DNA of 64,000 nucleotides from Octopus sinensis (taxonomy: Eukaryota). A program made the translations under genes and the position numbers. Below, in pieces: positions 13,628-25,650 of this stretch. Each line of letters starts with the position of its first letter. Positions within the stretch are counted from its first letter, which is position 1. The notes under the pieces are model-generated. The model saw only the letters and a program-made list of their open reading frames with translations, searched no databases and was not told the origin of the DNA. The stretch is taken from NCBI RefSeq assembly GCF_006345805.1, contig NC_043010.1:7998001-8062000 (forward strand), read 5' to 3'.

Positions 13628-13882
13628 TAGCACCAGCATCGGTTGTCAAGCAATGCTAGGGGGACAAACACAGACACACAAACACACACACACACATATA
13701 CATATATATAAATATATACGACAGGCTTCTTTCAGTTTCCGTCTACCAAATCCACTCACAAGGCATTGGTCGGCCCGGGGCTATAGCAGAAGACACTTGC
13801 CCAAGATGCCACGCAGTGGGACTGAACCCGGAACCATGTGGTTGGTAGGCAAGCTACTTACCACACAGCCACTCCTGCGCCT
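13628..13882 (-). mobile_element. SINE family A, head and middle
   Basis: Matches the family A consensus and lacks the distal tail. Confidence 0.85.
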
Positions 13883-14118
13883 ATATTAAAGGATTTTAAC
13901 ATATTAATTATCAGCATAGAAAACACTTGCCAAAAGTAATGTTACAAAGAATGCAGTTTGTCAAAATTGATGTTTCTCTACAGCACTTAAGGATTGTGAT
14001 TACAGAACCAGTGTGCAATATTCACAAGCATCTTTAATCACAGACCAGAAGCTGCAGCTGAACTTGCCTGGGTTTAACAATATCTGAAATATATAAATAA
14101 TCCTATGAATTCAGTATA

Positions 14119-14513
14119 TCTTTATATATAAAAGTGAGGTTGTGTGCTGTCTGTCTCCTACAATTTAGATTCCTAACTACTCCCACATTTTGCGGTGCAG
14201 TTTAACCAAAACCGGGTATCTTATAGTTGTGATTCATATCGAGCCCTTCTGGGTATTAGCGCGCGTCTACAATGAGTCTATGATTTAAAAAAAAATTTGC
14301 CATCAATTTTTTCCATTTTTAATGCATTTTTGGCATATATAAGGGAAGTAACTCTGTAAAAATTTATTGTTAAATCTCAGAACGTAAAAAGCTACAGTAA
14401 CACCCCACTTTGTAGTTAGCCATATTGAGATGGCTATTATACTTTACATCTCTAAAAATGCTTATATAGTTATTTCCCTTACAAACCTGAGCAACGCCGG
14501 GCGATACTGCTAG
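14119..14513 (+). mobile_element. Non-autonomous Helitron
   Basis: 5' TC, 3' GC-rich hairpin (CCTGAGCAACGCCGGG) then CTAG, inserted between A and T without a TSD; second copy at 31092-31490. Confidence 0.85.
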
Positions 14514-15695
14514 TTTTGGATAAATTGTTTTAGAAAGATGCTATCTTCAGCTAGTCAGGGAATGGTAATTCTCTCTGAATTGTTGCATCCAAACAAGTTA
14601 GAAGATGGTTCAAGACGAACTACATAAAAATACCCCAAAATAGTCAAATAATTTTGATATTATATTTATTTCATTTCTGAAAACATTACTTTTTATAGAA
14701 TAAAAAATACATAATAATTTACAAATTTACTCTAAATTAGCCATATTTCTAATCACTAATTTACTTCAGTATCATTTGCATTATTACATATTGTATATAT
14801 ATTAGATTTTTTTTCAGTATGGAGCAGAGATCAAGTTTCAGAAATCACACGGCCTATGACTATCTCCTTGAAAAACGTCACTATGTAATATTTTTTTAAA
14901 TCTTGACCTGTAACTTACAACATGCATGCATTCGCATTTACATATTAAGAAGATTATCCAATTCTCTATTTTCAGAATTTGTAAATAGGATCTGTTTCTA
15001 GTCAACATATAGCAAGAGTTCTACCAGATATGATGGGTAATTCTGAACATGATTCTCAGAGAATTTACTTTTCTGACATGCTGATTTATTTTTGACATTC
15101 TCTGTCTCAGCTATCTAATGCCTTACTTTTATTCTGCTACTTTTTCTTAAAATAAGTTAATTTAGAAAATGGAAGATTTGGAGAAGTGCTAGAGGTGAAA
15201 TGGCAAACATGCTAAGAAGACCAAATCCAGCTCACAGCAATTCTAAGTCTGGTTCCTTAGCTCAAATCCATATTTTTTAACATTAAAAATTTTTTTTTAA
15301 TCTTAGAATATACTATACAATATATATTGCTATCTTGCAATCAAAATCAGAGTTCAGTGATGATAAGCAGTAATTTCAGTTAGTCATATTAGTACACCTT
15401 AATGCAACCAATGAAAATGAAACTTATGAATCAATATACTGAAAGACATGACCTGTTTCCCCTACACTTTTACTATACAAGCTAAGCCAAATGGAAAGTT
15501 TTTTTTTTCCAATCTACACACTTGTTCATCGAAATGGATTTTATTGACATGAATGATACTGAAAGTTGTTGCATCTGGAACACGGTTAGTTTTCTGTAAA
15601 GTGTTAGTATTTTCAAAAAAACCTATATATTTGGACAATTTATATCACTGCATTTATATCAAGGACTTTTGTTGTTAAAAAAAATGTATATAGAC

Positions 15696-16068
15696 AGAGG
15701 CATAGGTGGGTGGTAAGAAGTTTGTTTCCCAACCACATGATTCCAGGTTCAGTCCTACTGCATGTCAACTTTGGCAAGTTTCTTCTACTGTAGCTTCAGG
15801 CCAACCAAAGACTTGTGCATAGATTTGGTTAGTGGAAACTGAAAGACACATGTTATGCGCGTGTGTGTGTGCGTGTGTGTGTGCCCCACCCACTGCTTGA
15901 CAACCAATATGGCAGTGGTTACATCCCCATAACTTAACAGTTCAGCAAAAGAGCCCAATAGAATAAGTACCAAGCTAAAAACAAAATAAGTACTAAAATT
16001 CTTCAAGTTGGTGCCCCAGCATGGCCACAGTTTAATGACTGAAACAAGCAAAAGACAAAAGATAACAG
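15696..16068 (+). mobile_element. SINE family A, older diverged copy
   Basis: Collinear but diverged head, CORE and tail. Confidence 0.75.
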
Positions 16069-16380
16069 AGACTGTGCATGAGCTTTTTCTCACACATCTG
16101 TGTATAAAAACTTGGCTACCATCTCTTATTTTCCCTTTCTTTATTGTTAATAAAATTGCCATAATTTACATTGACCCTTTTATGCATTTATTTTGCTCTA
16201 AACTATTGATTGGTCAACAACATCTAGTTTATGATTCATAACAGACTGCACAATAAAATGAGCTTAATATGTGTACGTTAGAATGGAGGAGAAAGTGCAT
16301 TATAGTATTGGATTACAGCCCTTTATATTCTGAGCTTAAAATCTTACCATGGTTAGTTATACAATCCATTCTCTGAAGAC

Positions 16381-16611
16381 TCTCTTTACTCTCTTTTACT
16401 CTTTTACTTGTTTCAATCTTTGACTGTGGCCATGCTGGAGCACCCCATTAGTCGAGCAAATCAGCCCCGGAACTTATTCTTTGTAAGCCCAGTACTTATT
16501 CTATCGGTCTCTTTTGCCGAACCACTAAGTGACGGGGACGTAAACACACCAGCATCGGTTGTCAAGCAATGCTAGCGGGACAAACACAGACACACAAACA
16601 TATACACACAC

Positions 16612-16652
<41 letters not shown>

Positions 16653-16824
16653 CATATATACGACAGGCTTCTTTCAGTTTCCGTCTACCAAATCCACTCA
16701 CAAGGCATTGGTCGGCCCGGGGCTATAGCAGAAGACACTTGCCCAAGATGCCACACAGTGGGACTGAACCCGGAACCATGTGGTTGGTTAGCAAGCTACT
16801 TACCACACAGCCACTCCTGCGCCT
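16381..16824 (-). mobile_element. SINE family A, full length
   Basis: Matches consensus. Confidence 0.9.
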
Positions 16825-16934
16825 ATAGACACCTGTTCAAATAAAATACAAGTCAAACAGTAAACTTGATTTAATTGACTTTACTCTTCACTATTAATAA
16901 TACTGGCATTTTGTGCCAATATTATTAATATTAG

Positions 16935-17155
16935 TAAGGCAGCCAGCAGGCAGAATCATTAGCATGCCAGACAAAATGCCTAGCTGTATTTCGTTCATCT
17001 TTATGCACAGGGTTCAAATTCCACCAGGGCCCCCTTTGCCTTTCATCATTTTGGGGGTCAATAAAATAAGTACCAGATGAGCCCTGGGGTCAATTTAATC
17101 AACTTAGCCCCTCTCATTGAAATTGCTGGCCTTGTACCAAAATTTGAAACCAATG
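16935..17155 (+). mobile_element. SINE family C, older copy
   Basis: GGCAGAATCATTAGCATG...GGTTCAAATTCC...GCCTTTCATC. Confidence 0.7.
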
Positions 17156-17309
17156 TTAGTGATATCAATATCACATCATCATGGTGTCAACCAGACTGTT
17201 GGATGTAGTTGTACATCGCTGGTCACAATGCACTTCACATCATTTTAGCTTTTGAATGATACCACCCTACTGGCTATGCAAGCAGGCCAGCATTACTCCT
17301 CATCGGAAG

Positions 17310-17880
17310 GCTATCTTGTTCTAGAGTTACCCATTTACAGTTGAGTGAACTGAAACAAAGGGAAATGAAGTGTATTGCTCAAGAACACATGCCACTCAGT
17401 CCAGGCATTGAACCAACAATCTAGCGATAGGTGCAGGAGTGGCTGTGTGGTAAGTAGCTTGCTTACCAACCACATGGTTCTGGGTTCAATCCCACTGCGT
17501 GGCATCTTGGGCAAGTGTCTTCTGCTATAGCCCCGGGCCGACCAATGCCTTGTGAGTGGATTTGGTAGACAGAAACTGAAAGAAGTCTGTCGTATATATA
17601 TATATGTGTGTGTGTGTGTATGTGTTTCTGTGTCTGTGTTTGTCCCCCTAGCATTGCTTGACAACCGATGCTGGTGTGTTTACGTCCCCGTTACTTAGCG
17701 GTTCGGCAAAAGAGACCGATAGAATAAGTACTGGGCTTACAAAGAATAAGTCCCGGGGTCGATTTGCTCAACTAAAAGGCGGTGCTCCAGCATGGCCGCA
17801 GTCAAATGACTGAAACAAGTAAAAGAGTAAAAGAAAGATAGTGAGCACAACACCCGAACCACTAGGCCACATGCCTTCAC
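17310..17880 (-). mobile_element. Old SINE family G (tRNA + CORE) interrupted by a SINE-A
   Basis: Minus strand begins GTGAAGGCATGTGGCCTAGTGG and continues after the A copy with GGTTCAATGCC...GTTCTTGAGCAATACACTT; GATA on both sides of the A insert. Confidence 0.65.
17427..17833 (+). mobile_element. SINE family A, full length
   Basis: Matches consensus. Confidence 0.9.
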
Positions 17881-18707
17881 AGTATTAATGATATTGATAT
17901 AATTCAACAATGAGGATGTGGGCCTGATTGATTCATTAGCACACCAGACAAAATGCTTGGTGGCATTTCATCTGCCTTTACGTTCTGAGTTCATATTCTT
18001 CCAAGGTCAACTTTGGCTTTGATCCTTTTGGGGGTCGATAAAATAAGTACAGTTGTGCACTGGAGTCAATGTTATCAACTTACCTTCTTCCCCCCAAATT
18101 GCTGAGCTTGTACCAAAATTTTAAATCAATATAATTCAGCATCATTCAAATTCCCCAAGTAGCTAAAATCTCCAGTCAGGTTAACTAATTATATGAACAT
18201 ATTCATCATAGAAGATCATCTAATGAGTAATTGTCTATACTGTCTTGGGTAGGATGAGTCTAAGTAAAACTAAATTTATCATTGATCTGTAAATCTGTTA
18301 TTTTGAACTCTTAGATTTATTAATTTTTCTGACTTCTGCCAACTCTCAAATATTTATCAAACATTTTCTAGTTATCATATAAATCTCAAATATCTTTTGT
18401 CTGTAATAACATGATGTCATAACTTAAAATTCAGATATTATAGATTCAATCACTATTATTAGAAGTTGAATACATATTTATAATCACAATTGGTAAAGAA
18501 CATCTTTCTAGTTATATAATATAGCTACTGTTAACTGAGGAATCATTTGCCCTCAAAATACGTTCAGCAGCTCAGTTTGATCATCTGTATACATACATGC
18601 ATCTATCTATCAATCTGTCTATCTGTCTTGTCTATCTATCTGCCTAGCTATCTATCTATCTACACACACACACACATACACAAACACACACACACAAACA
18701 CACACAG

Positions 18708-18928
18708 ATGAATGAACAAATGAAAGGAAGGGCACTCAACACATTTATTGAGAGTTACATATATTACACGGCTTGATTCTGATTCCGTGCTAAATCAAGT
18801 TTTGAAGACCCTTTCTTGTCAACCTGCCAAGAATTTGAATTCTTACTAGCCTGACAAGAAAGGCCCTGTTAGGGGTTTCGAAACTTGAAGTAGCATGGGA
18901 TCCAAATCAAACTGTTTTGAGTAATATA
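18708..18928. mobile_element. Palindromic dispersed element (Penelope pLTR-like)
   Basis: Imperfect inverted repeat at about 18760-18928 centred on AAGAATTTGAATTCTT; a collapsed sibling lies at 55752-55847. Confidence 0.55.
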
Positions 18929-18936
18929 TATGTATG

Positions 18937-18967
<31 letters not shown>

Positions 18968-18971
18968 GAGA

Positions 18972-19510
18972 AATTAAATACGCACACTTACATGGTTATA
19001 ATATAATTTTTAATATATCGACCGGTTTCGCAACCACTATTCATGATATAATGTTTAATTTATATGAATATATATTTTTCTTAAGAAGAAATTTGGTCCA
19101 TGTTGTTTGTAATGAAATTCATGAGTGAAACATTACAAACAACATGGACCAAATTACTTCTTAAGAAAAAATATATATTCATATAAATTAAACATTATAT
19201 CATGAATAGCGATTGCGAAACCGGTTGATACATTAAAAATTATATTATAACCATGTAAGTGTGCGTATTTTCCTTTTTTAATTTCTTATATACATTACAA
19301 TCCACCACGTGGGGACAACTGAAATTCCTCTTTTCTGTTACTACTACACATCTCTTTTCATTCCTCCACTTCATTCTGTATTTCATATCTTTTCTATAAT
19401 AACTACTAATTAAACATTTTCTCGCACTGTCTCTGATGAAGGGATATATAAAATATCCCGGAAACAGCTGTAAGATCTTCTCTTTATAAATGTTCTGAAA
19501 ACTATTCACA
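18972..19510 (+). mobile_element. Penelope-type pLTR-like element with a ~140-bp inverted duplication
   Basis: Near-perfect arms 18972-~19108 and ~19131-19270, followed by unique 3' sequence containing a hammerhead motif. Confidence 0.65.
19429..19476 (+). ncRNA. Minimal type I hammerhead ribozyme motif (one mismatch at the base of stem II)
   Basis: GTCT-CTGATGA-A-GGGATAT/ATATCCC-G-GAAA-C-AGCT-G-TA^AGAT: core, 7-bp stem II, palindromic stem III loop, GUA cleavage triplet, 3-4 bp stem I. Confidence 0.6.
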
Positions 19511-19554
19511 ACCTTGGAATTTTTCAATTCAAAAATTGATGATTTTCATTCAAT

Positions 19555-19555
19555 T

Positions 19556-19586
<31 letters not shown>

Positions 19587-20060
19587 ATAAATACATACAC
19601 ATATGTATGTATATATATATATACATATATATACATATATATATGCACATACATACACAAACATATTTAAATACATATATATTATACTACATATTAATAT
19701 ATACACATGTATCATAAATGTATACATGTGTATATATGTGTGTGTGTGTGTGCATATGTATGTGTGTATATGTGTGTGTGGGGGGCATGTGTAGTGTGTG
19801 TGTGTACATGAATGATATATGTATGTGTTTGTGTTTAAAGGAACATAGTAAAGGTAATTAGTATCAATGCTTTGGTAACATGTCAGCCCTTTTGGTGCAT
19901 CTTCTGAACAATACGTGTGTGTGTGTGTGTGTGTTTGTGTGTGTGTACATATTCACATACTGATATACAAATAGATATAGATGTATATGTATATACTCAG
20001 GTGTGTATGTGCACACATACATATAGATAAATACACACACACACACACACACACATATAT
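19555..20060. repeat. (TG)n/(TA)n/(CA)n compound microsatellites
   Basis: Direct reading. Confidence 0.9.
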
Positions 20061-20229
20061 ATGGATAGGTTCAAAGGCACTTCATACGAAAACTGCATGC
20101 AGGTTCTTGGTTAAATGATTTCTCTTTTTCTTATAATTGGCAAAAAGGACTTTAATCTGTTTTTGCGTATTTAATTATTGTTTTTATATACGCAGGGAAC
20201 AGTCGCGTTCTATCTACCGTCAATATTTC

Positions 20230-20648
20230 TTTCTCTCTCTCTCTCTCTCCCTCTCGCTCTTTCTCTTCTTGTTTCCCTTTCTCTTTCTTTCTCTCTGTCT
20301 GTACCTTTCTCTGACCCTCTTTCTCCTCTTGTCTTCTTTTTCTTTTCTTTTTTCTTCTACCACTCTTGCATAGAAGTGTATGACTTTATTTCTCTCATTC
20401 TCATACCTTTCTCTCTCTTTCTCTCTTTCTTTTTTTTTTACCATTCCTGCTTCCCTCCTCCTCTTCCCCAACTCCTTGATTGGTTTGGTTTGATATTCAT
20501 ATCTATATATCAAACTTTGTCCATGTTTTATATTCATTATTCCAGCTTCCCTCACACACACACACACACACACACACACGAGCATGCATACACATGCACA
20601 CAATGCAACTCACACAAAAGAGTACACATACATATATATTTATGTTTG

Positions 20649-20701
<53 letters not shown>

Positions 20702-20787
20702 CACATCACCATCATCATCATAAATACATATATACATAAATATTTATATGCATATATATATATATATATAGACACCACATATATATA

Positions 20788-20852
<65 letters not shown>

Positions 20853-21016
20853 TATATATATAATATATATATAATATATATATATATACATACATACATA
20901 TATACACATATATGTATCTGTAGCTATTTCTATTTATTTATATGTGTGTGTATATATATGTATATATGTGTGTGTATATATATGTATATATATACATACA
21001 AACATAAATATATATA

Positions 21017-21061
<45 letters not shown>

Positions 21062-21135
21062 TATATATATGTATATATATACATATATATATACATATAT
21101 ATATACATATATATATACATGCATATATACATATT
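20230..21135. repeat. (CT)n, (CA)n and (TA)n microsatellite complex
   Basis: Direct reading; ORF 20178..20723 and others here are artefacts. Confidence 0.9.
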
Positions 21136-22179
21136 TTATCATAAGTCAGCAAATGTTTCCAAGTAACGATATGCAAACTAATGCCACAGACTTCTGATCT
21201 TTTTTTCTTCATCATTTTCCTTTTCTCTGTTCTGCCTCTGTATCTTATACATATTTTTCATTCTATTTTTCTTAATAATCTTTCTGTATTCTTTCCTATC
21301 TTTTCTACTTTTTTTTTCTTCCGTGCGTTTCTCCCCTTTTCCTTCTCTACATCTGTGTGTATCCCTTTGTCATTTTAAAATTTCTTTCATTTCTCAGATG
21401 TTTCCATCATAGGACTGTAACTACACTGGGGCACCACTTTGAAGACTTTAGTCAAACAAATCACTCTTGGCCCTTATTTCTTTTAAGCCAGGTATATTTT
21501 TTTTCTTTTCATTCATCTGTTTTGGTGAACCTCTAAATTACAGGGAAGATTATTAAAAGTAATTGCAGTTGTTAAGCAGTGATTAAGAAGGACAAGAACA
21601 AAAGGCAATGCCTTGTGAGTGAATTTGGTAGGTGGAAACTGTAAGGAAGTCTGTGCATCTTTGAGGTATATTTATCTTTTGCTGGTGTTGGTTTGTTTAC
21701 ATCCCAGTCATTTGGTGATTCAGCGAAAAGATATCAATGGAATAATTATATGACTTTAATACTGGGGTAATTTTTATCAACTGAAATCTTCGACATAGTG
21801 CTCCCATATTACTATAATCCAACAACTGAAACAACTAAAAGAATACAAAAATAAAAACAAGGATGTATATGTGAAGACAGACAGACAGACATACAAACAG
21901 ACAGGCAGACATACGGACAGGCAGATAGATAGATAAATGGATAGATAGTTAGAGAGATAGATAGACAGATAATAGACAGATGTCTGAGTTTGTTCATGCA
22001 TGGTATTATCTATCTATCATTATATATATGCTATATATATATATATATATACATATATGTGTGTATGTATATACATATATATATACATACATACATGTAT
22101 GTATGTATATATATATACATATATGAGTGTATGTATATACATATATACATACATACACGTATGTATATATATATATATA

Positions 22180-22559
22180 CACTACCGTCAGAAATTAATT
22201 AGCACCCTTGATTTGCTCTTCACTCAAGGTATGTGCTGTCACCTAGTGGCCATATCTCGAACTATTGCTTTGTTGCGAGTTCACTGTTGCGCAGAACGAT
22301 GACGTAACTTTGTTTGCAGAGCAGTTTGAGAATCTACAGCCTTATGATGTTGACATAGCAGTGCAGCAACAACTTGGAGTGCGGATGCAGACAAATCTTC
22401 CTTTGTTTAATAGATATAGGTAGCGCCTCGCAAGGACTGAAATCACACCATACTAAGTTTTCTCATCGCGTAAGACGTTTTGAACAGCTCATAGGTTAAT
22501 TGATTTAACCTATTTAATGTAGAAATTTGAGAAGTGCTAATTAATTTCTGACGCAAGTG
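22180..22559. mobile_element. Tc1/mariner-type MITE
   Basis: 26-bp TIRs CACTACCGTCAGAAATTAATTAGCAC / reverse complement CACTTGCGTCAGAAATTAATTAGCAC, TA on both sides. Confidence 0.85.
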
Positions 22560-22665
22560 TATATATATATATATACATATATATATTCATACATATATAT
22601 GATATAATACATGTATATATGTGTATATGTGTGTATATATACATATATATGTATGTATATGAGAT

Positions 22666-23012
22666 CTTGGTATTGCTGCTAAACTGGGAGAGTGACTGCA
22701 TGACTTCCTTAAAGAAAGAAGGCAGGTAGTTGCAGCCAGTGGTGCCTTTTCTGAGGAAACTCAAATCCCAAGTGGTGTCCCCCAGCAAACTGTTCTGGGG
22801 CCATTATGGTTCATAATAGCCTTCTTAGACATGCCCGTGGTCACTCGGATAGCCACTGTCACAAGCTATGGCGATGATATAAAATTATCACAGGCAATAA
22901 AAAAAAAAACAAGATCTCACTAGCTTACAGCAGGACCTGAATTCGATATACAAATGGGCCAAAATAAACAGCATGCAGTTTAATGCTGGAAAATTTCAAG
23001 CACTGCACTATC
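22666..23012 (+). pseudogene. CR1/Jockey-group LINE reverse transcriptase fragment
   Basis: LGIAAKLGE*LHDFLKERRQVV...SGVPQQTVLGPLWFII...SYGDDIKL...LQQDLNSIYKWAKINSMQFNAGKFQALHY. Confidence 0.88.
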
Positions 23013-23015
23013 ATA

Positions 23016-23423
23016 GTGCAGGAGTGGCTGTTAGATAAGTAGCTTGCTTACCAACCACATGGTTCCGGGTTCAGTCCCACTGCATGGCACCTTGGGCAAG
23101 TGTCTTCTACTATAGCCTCGGGCCAACCAAAGCCTTGTGAGTGGATTTGGTAGACGGAAACTGAAAGAAGCCTGTCGTATATATGTATATATATATGTAT
23201 GTGTGTGCGTGTGTGTTTGTGTGCTTGTGTTTGTCCCATCCAACATCGCTTGACAACCGATGCTGGTGTGTTTATGTCCCCGTCACTTAGCAGTTCCGCA
23301 AAAGAGACCGATAGAATAAGTACTGGGCTTACAAAGAATAAGTCCCGTGGTCGAGTTGCTCGATTAAAGGCGGTGCTCCAGCATGGCCACAGTCAAATGA
23401 CTGAAACAAGTAAAAGAGTAAAA
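23016..23423 (+). mobile_element. SINE family A, full length, inside the CR1-like LINE
   Basis: Matches consensus; no TSD seen. Confidence 0.9.
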
Positions 23424-23790
23424 AGTATCCACTCCATCTAAATTCAGGATCAGGTACTACAATAGTCAAGGATTCAAAGGCCCACAGCACTTCAATGACC
23501 TGCCACAAAAATTAAGAAATCTGCATAAGGTGGAAGTAGATGTCTTCAAAAGAGGAACTAGACATCTTCCTCTCCACAATACCGGATGAACAAACAGCCC
23601 GACATGAGGCGCAGATGAGGGCAATGGAATCAAGCATCTTTATACACCGAATGGGCCAACAGCTGGGACAAAGGCACATACAGGAGTGGTGATGTGAAAC
23701 ATCTGAGACTGAGGAAATCAGAAAGACCCCAGTGGTGCTCCAGTATGACAACAGCCACATGGCTGAAATGAGTAAAAGAATAAAAGAATA
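23424..23790 (+). pseudogene. CR1-like LINE ORF2 C-terminus, 3'UTR and (TAAAAGAA)n tail
   Basis: KGPQHFNDLPQKLRNLHKVEVDVFK/ELDIFLSTIPDE is typical of CR1-group ORF2 ends; short-repeat tail. Confidence 0.8.
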
Positions 23791-23802
23791 TGTGTTTGTA
23801 TA

Positions 23803-24160
23803 TCATCATCATCATCATCATTTAGCGTCTGCTTTCCATGCTAGCATGGGTTGGACGGTTCAACTGGGGTCTGGGAAGCCAGAAGGCTGCACCAGGCCCA
23901 GTCTGATCTGGCAGTGTTTCTATGGCTGGATGCCCTTCCTAACGCCAACCACTCCGTGAGTGTAGTGGGTGCTTTTTACGTGCCACCTGCACAGGTGCCA
24001 GATGGGGCTGGCAAACGGCCACGGACGGATGGTACTTTTTACATGCCACCAGCACGGAGGCCAGTCGGGGCGACGCTGGCAATGGACACGGTCGGGTGGT
24101 GCTTTTTACGTACCACCAGCACTGGGATCAGGCGAGGCTGGCAACGGCCACGATCGGATA
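23803..24160 (-). mobile_element. Family B retroelement, 5'-truncated, about 3 internal units
   Basis: (CAT)n tail, core motif, ~62-bp units. Confidence 0.88.
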
Positions 24161-24170
24161 TATATATATG

Positions 24171-24665
24171 TTTCGTCACAAACATTGAAGTTTTGGAGCG
24201 GGCCAAGATCCCCAGCATTGAAGCCATGCTACTGAAATCCCGCCTCCAATGGGAAGGGCATGTCTCCAGAATGGAGAACCATCACCTTCCTAAGATTACC
24301 CTGTTTGGCACCAAGTGAGAGGAGCTCCGAGGAAGCACTACAAAGACTGCCTCAAGAAGTCTCCAACAGCATGTCATATTGACCACCAACGCTGGTCAGA
24401 CCTGGCTGCGGACTGTGATGTCTGGTTCCACATGATCTTCAACGCAGTCAGCAAGTTTGGGGAACAAAGAAGAGATGTTCTTAAGGACAAGAGGCACAAG
24501 AGGAACGTGTGAGCCGCCTCTGACACCACACCGGATGTTACTTCCGTCTGTGGACACTGCTCACGAACCTGCCTTTCCCATATCGGACTTGTCAGTGACA
24601 TGGACGTGACATGGACAGCCTTCTTGATCATCTTTCGTGGAGCTGAGCCATGATGATGATGATGA

Positions 24666-24668
<3 letters not shown>
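24171..24668 (+). pseudogene. RTE (BovB-like) LINE 3' end: ORF2 C-terminus and (GAT)n tail
   Basis: VTNIEVLERAKIPSIEAMLLKSRLQWEGHVSRMENHHLPKITLFG / RGAPRKHYKDCLK...CGHCSRTCLSHIGLVS, then GCTGAGCCA(TGA)n. Confidence 0.9.
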
Positions 24669-24702
<34 letters not shown>

Positions 24703-25132
24703 TATATATATACACACACTATATCAGATATAAACATATATAATATATATGTGTGTGTGTGTGTATACATACCTATATACACTATATCATATATACGCAT
24801 GTATAATATATATGTGTGTATGTGTACATACATACAAATATACATGTATACATGTACCATATCATATATATATTATATATATGTGTATATATATATATAT
24901 GTATGTGTGTGTATGTATATATATGGATAATATATATAATATATATATTTATATGTATGTATATATGTGTATATATATGTGTGTGTGTGGGTGTGTTATA
25001 ATGGATAATATATATAATATATATATGTATACATACATATATATATATATATGTATGTATATATGTATGTATATATCTATGTATGTATGTATATAATACA
25101 TAATTATATATAGACATTATAACATATATACC

Positions 25133-25191
<59 letters not shown>

Positions 25192-25265
25192 TATATATAT
25201 ATACATATAATATATATATGTATATATATACACACACATATTATAAATATATATATATATATATT
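24669..25265. repeat. (TA)n/(TG)n compound microsatellite
   Basis: Direct reading. Confidence 0.93.
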
Positions 25266-25554
25266 CATATACCAGCCAGTCAAAACCAGTATATAAAATA
25301 AATATAAAATTGTAGAAAATGGTGAAAACTTATCAAATAAAATTCACAAATTCCATCTAATACCTTCATACCTCTCCTCACCGAGATAAAAGAGAGGAAT
25401 AAATGAAATAAAATTGTTTATCTGGGAAAACATCCTTAAGAAAATTCTTTTTCTTTTTCTTTTTTTCTTTTGCTGTTGTTGTTTTTCTTTCATTGATGAA
25501 ATGGTTGGGCGTGATGACGGCAGCGGCGATGATAGAGGGGTGGTGGTACAATGG

Positions 25555-25650
25555 AGGCGACGATGGTGGTTGTGGTTGTGTGGTGGTGGTGGTTGTGTGG
25601 TGGTGGTGGTGGTGGTTGTGTGGTAGTGGTGGTGGTTGTGTGGTGGTGGA
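25555..25650. repeat. (GGT/TGT)n array
   Basis: Direct reading. Confidence 0.9.

Noticed and set aside
14818-15035. Plus-strand exon-like pieces (also 2809-2902, 13984-14070, 35686-35730, 54756-54800)
   Set aside because: Each has plausible splice sites and a short open frame, but such hits are expected by chance in AT-rich DNA and no coherent protein results.
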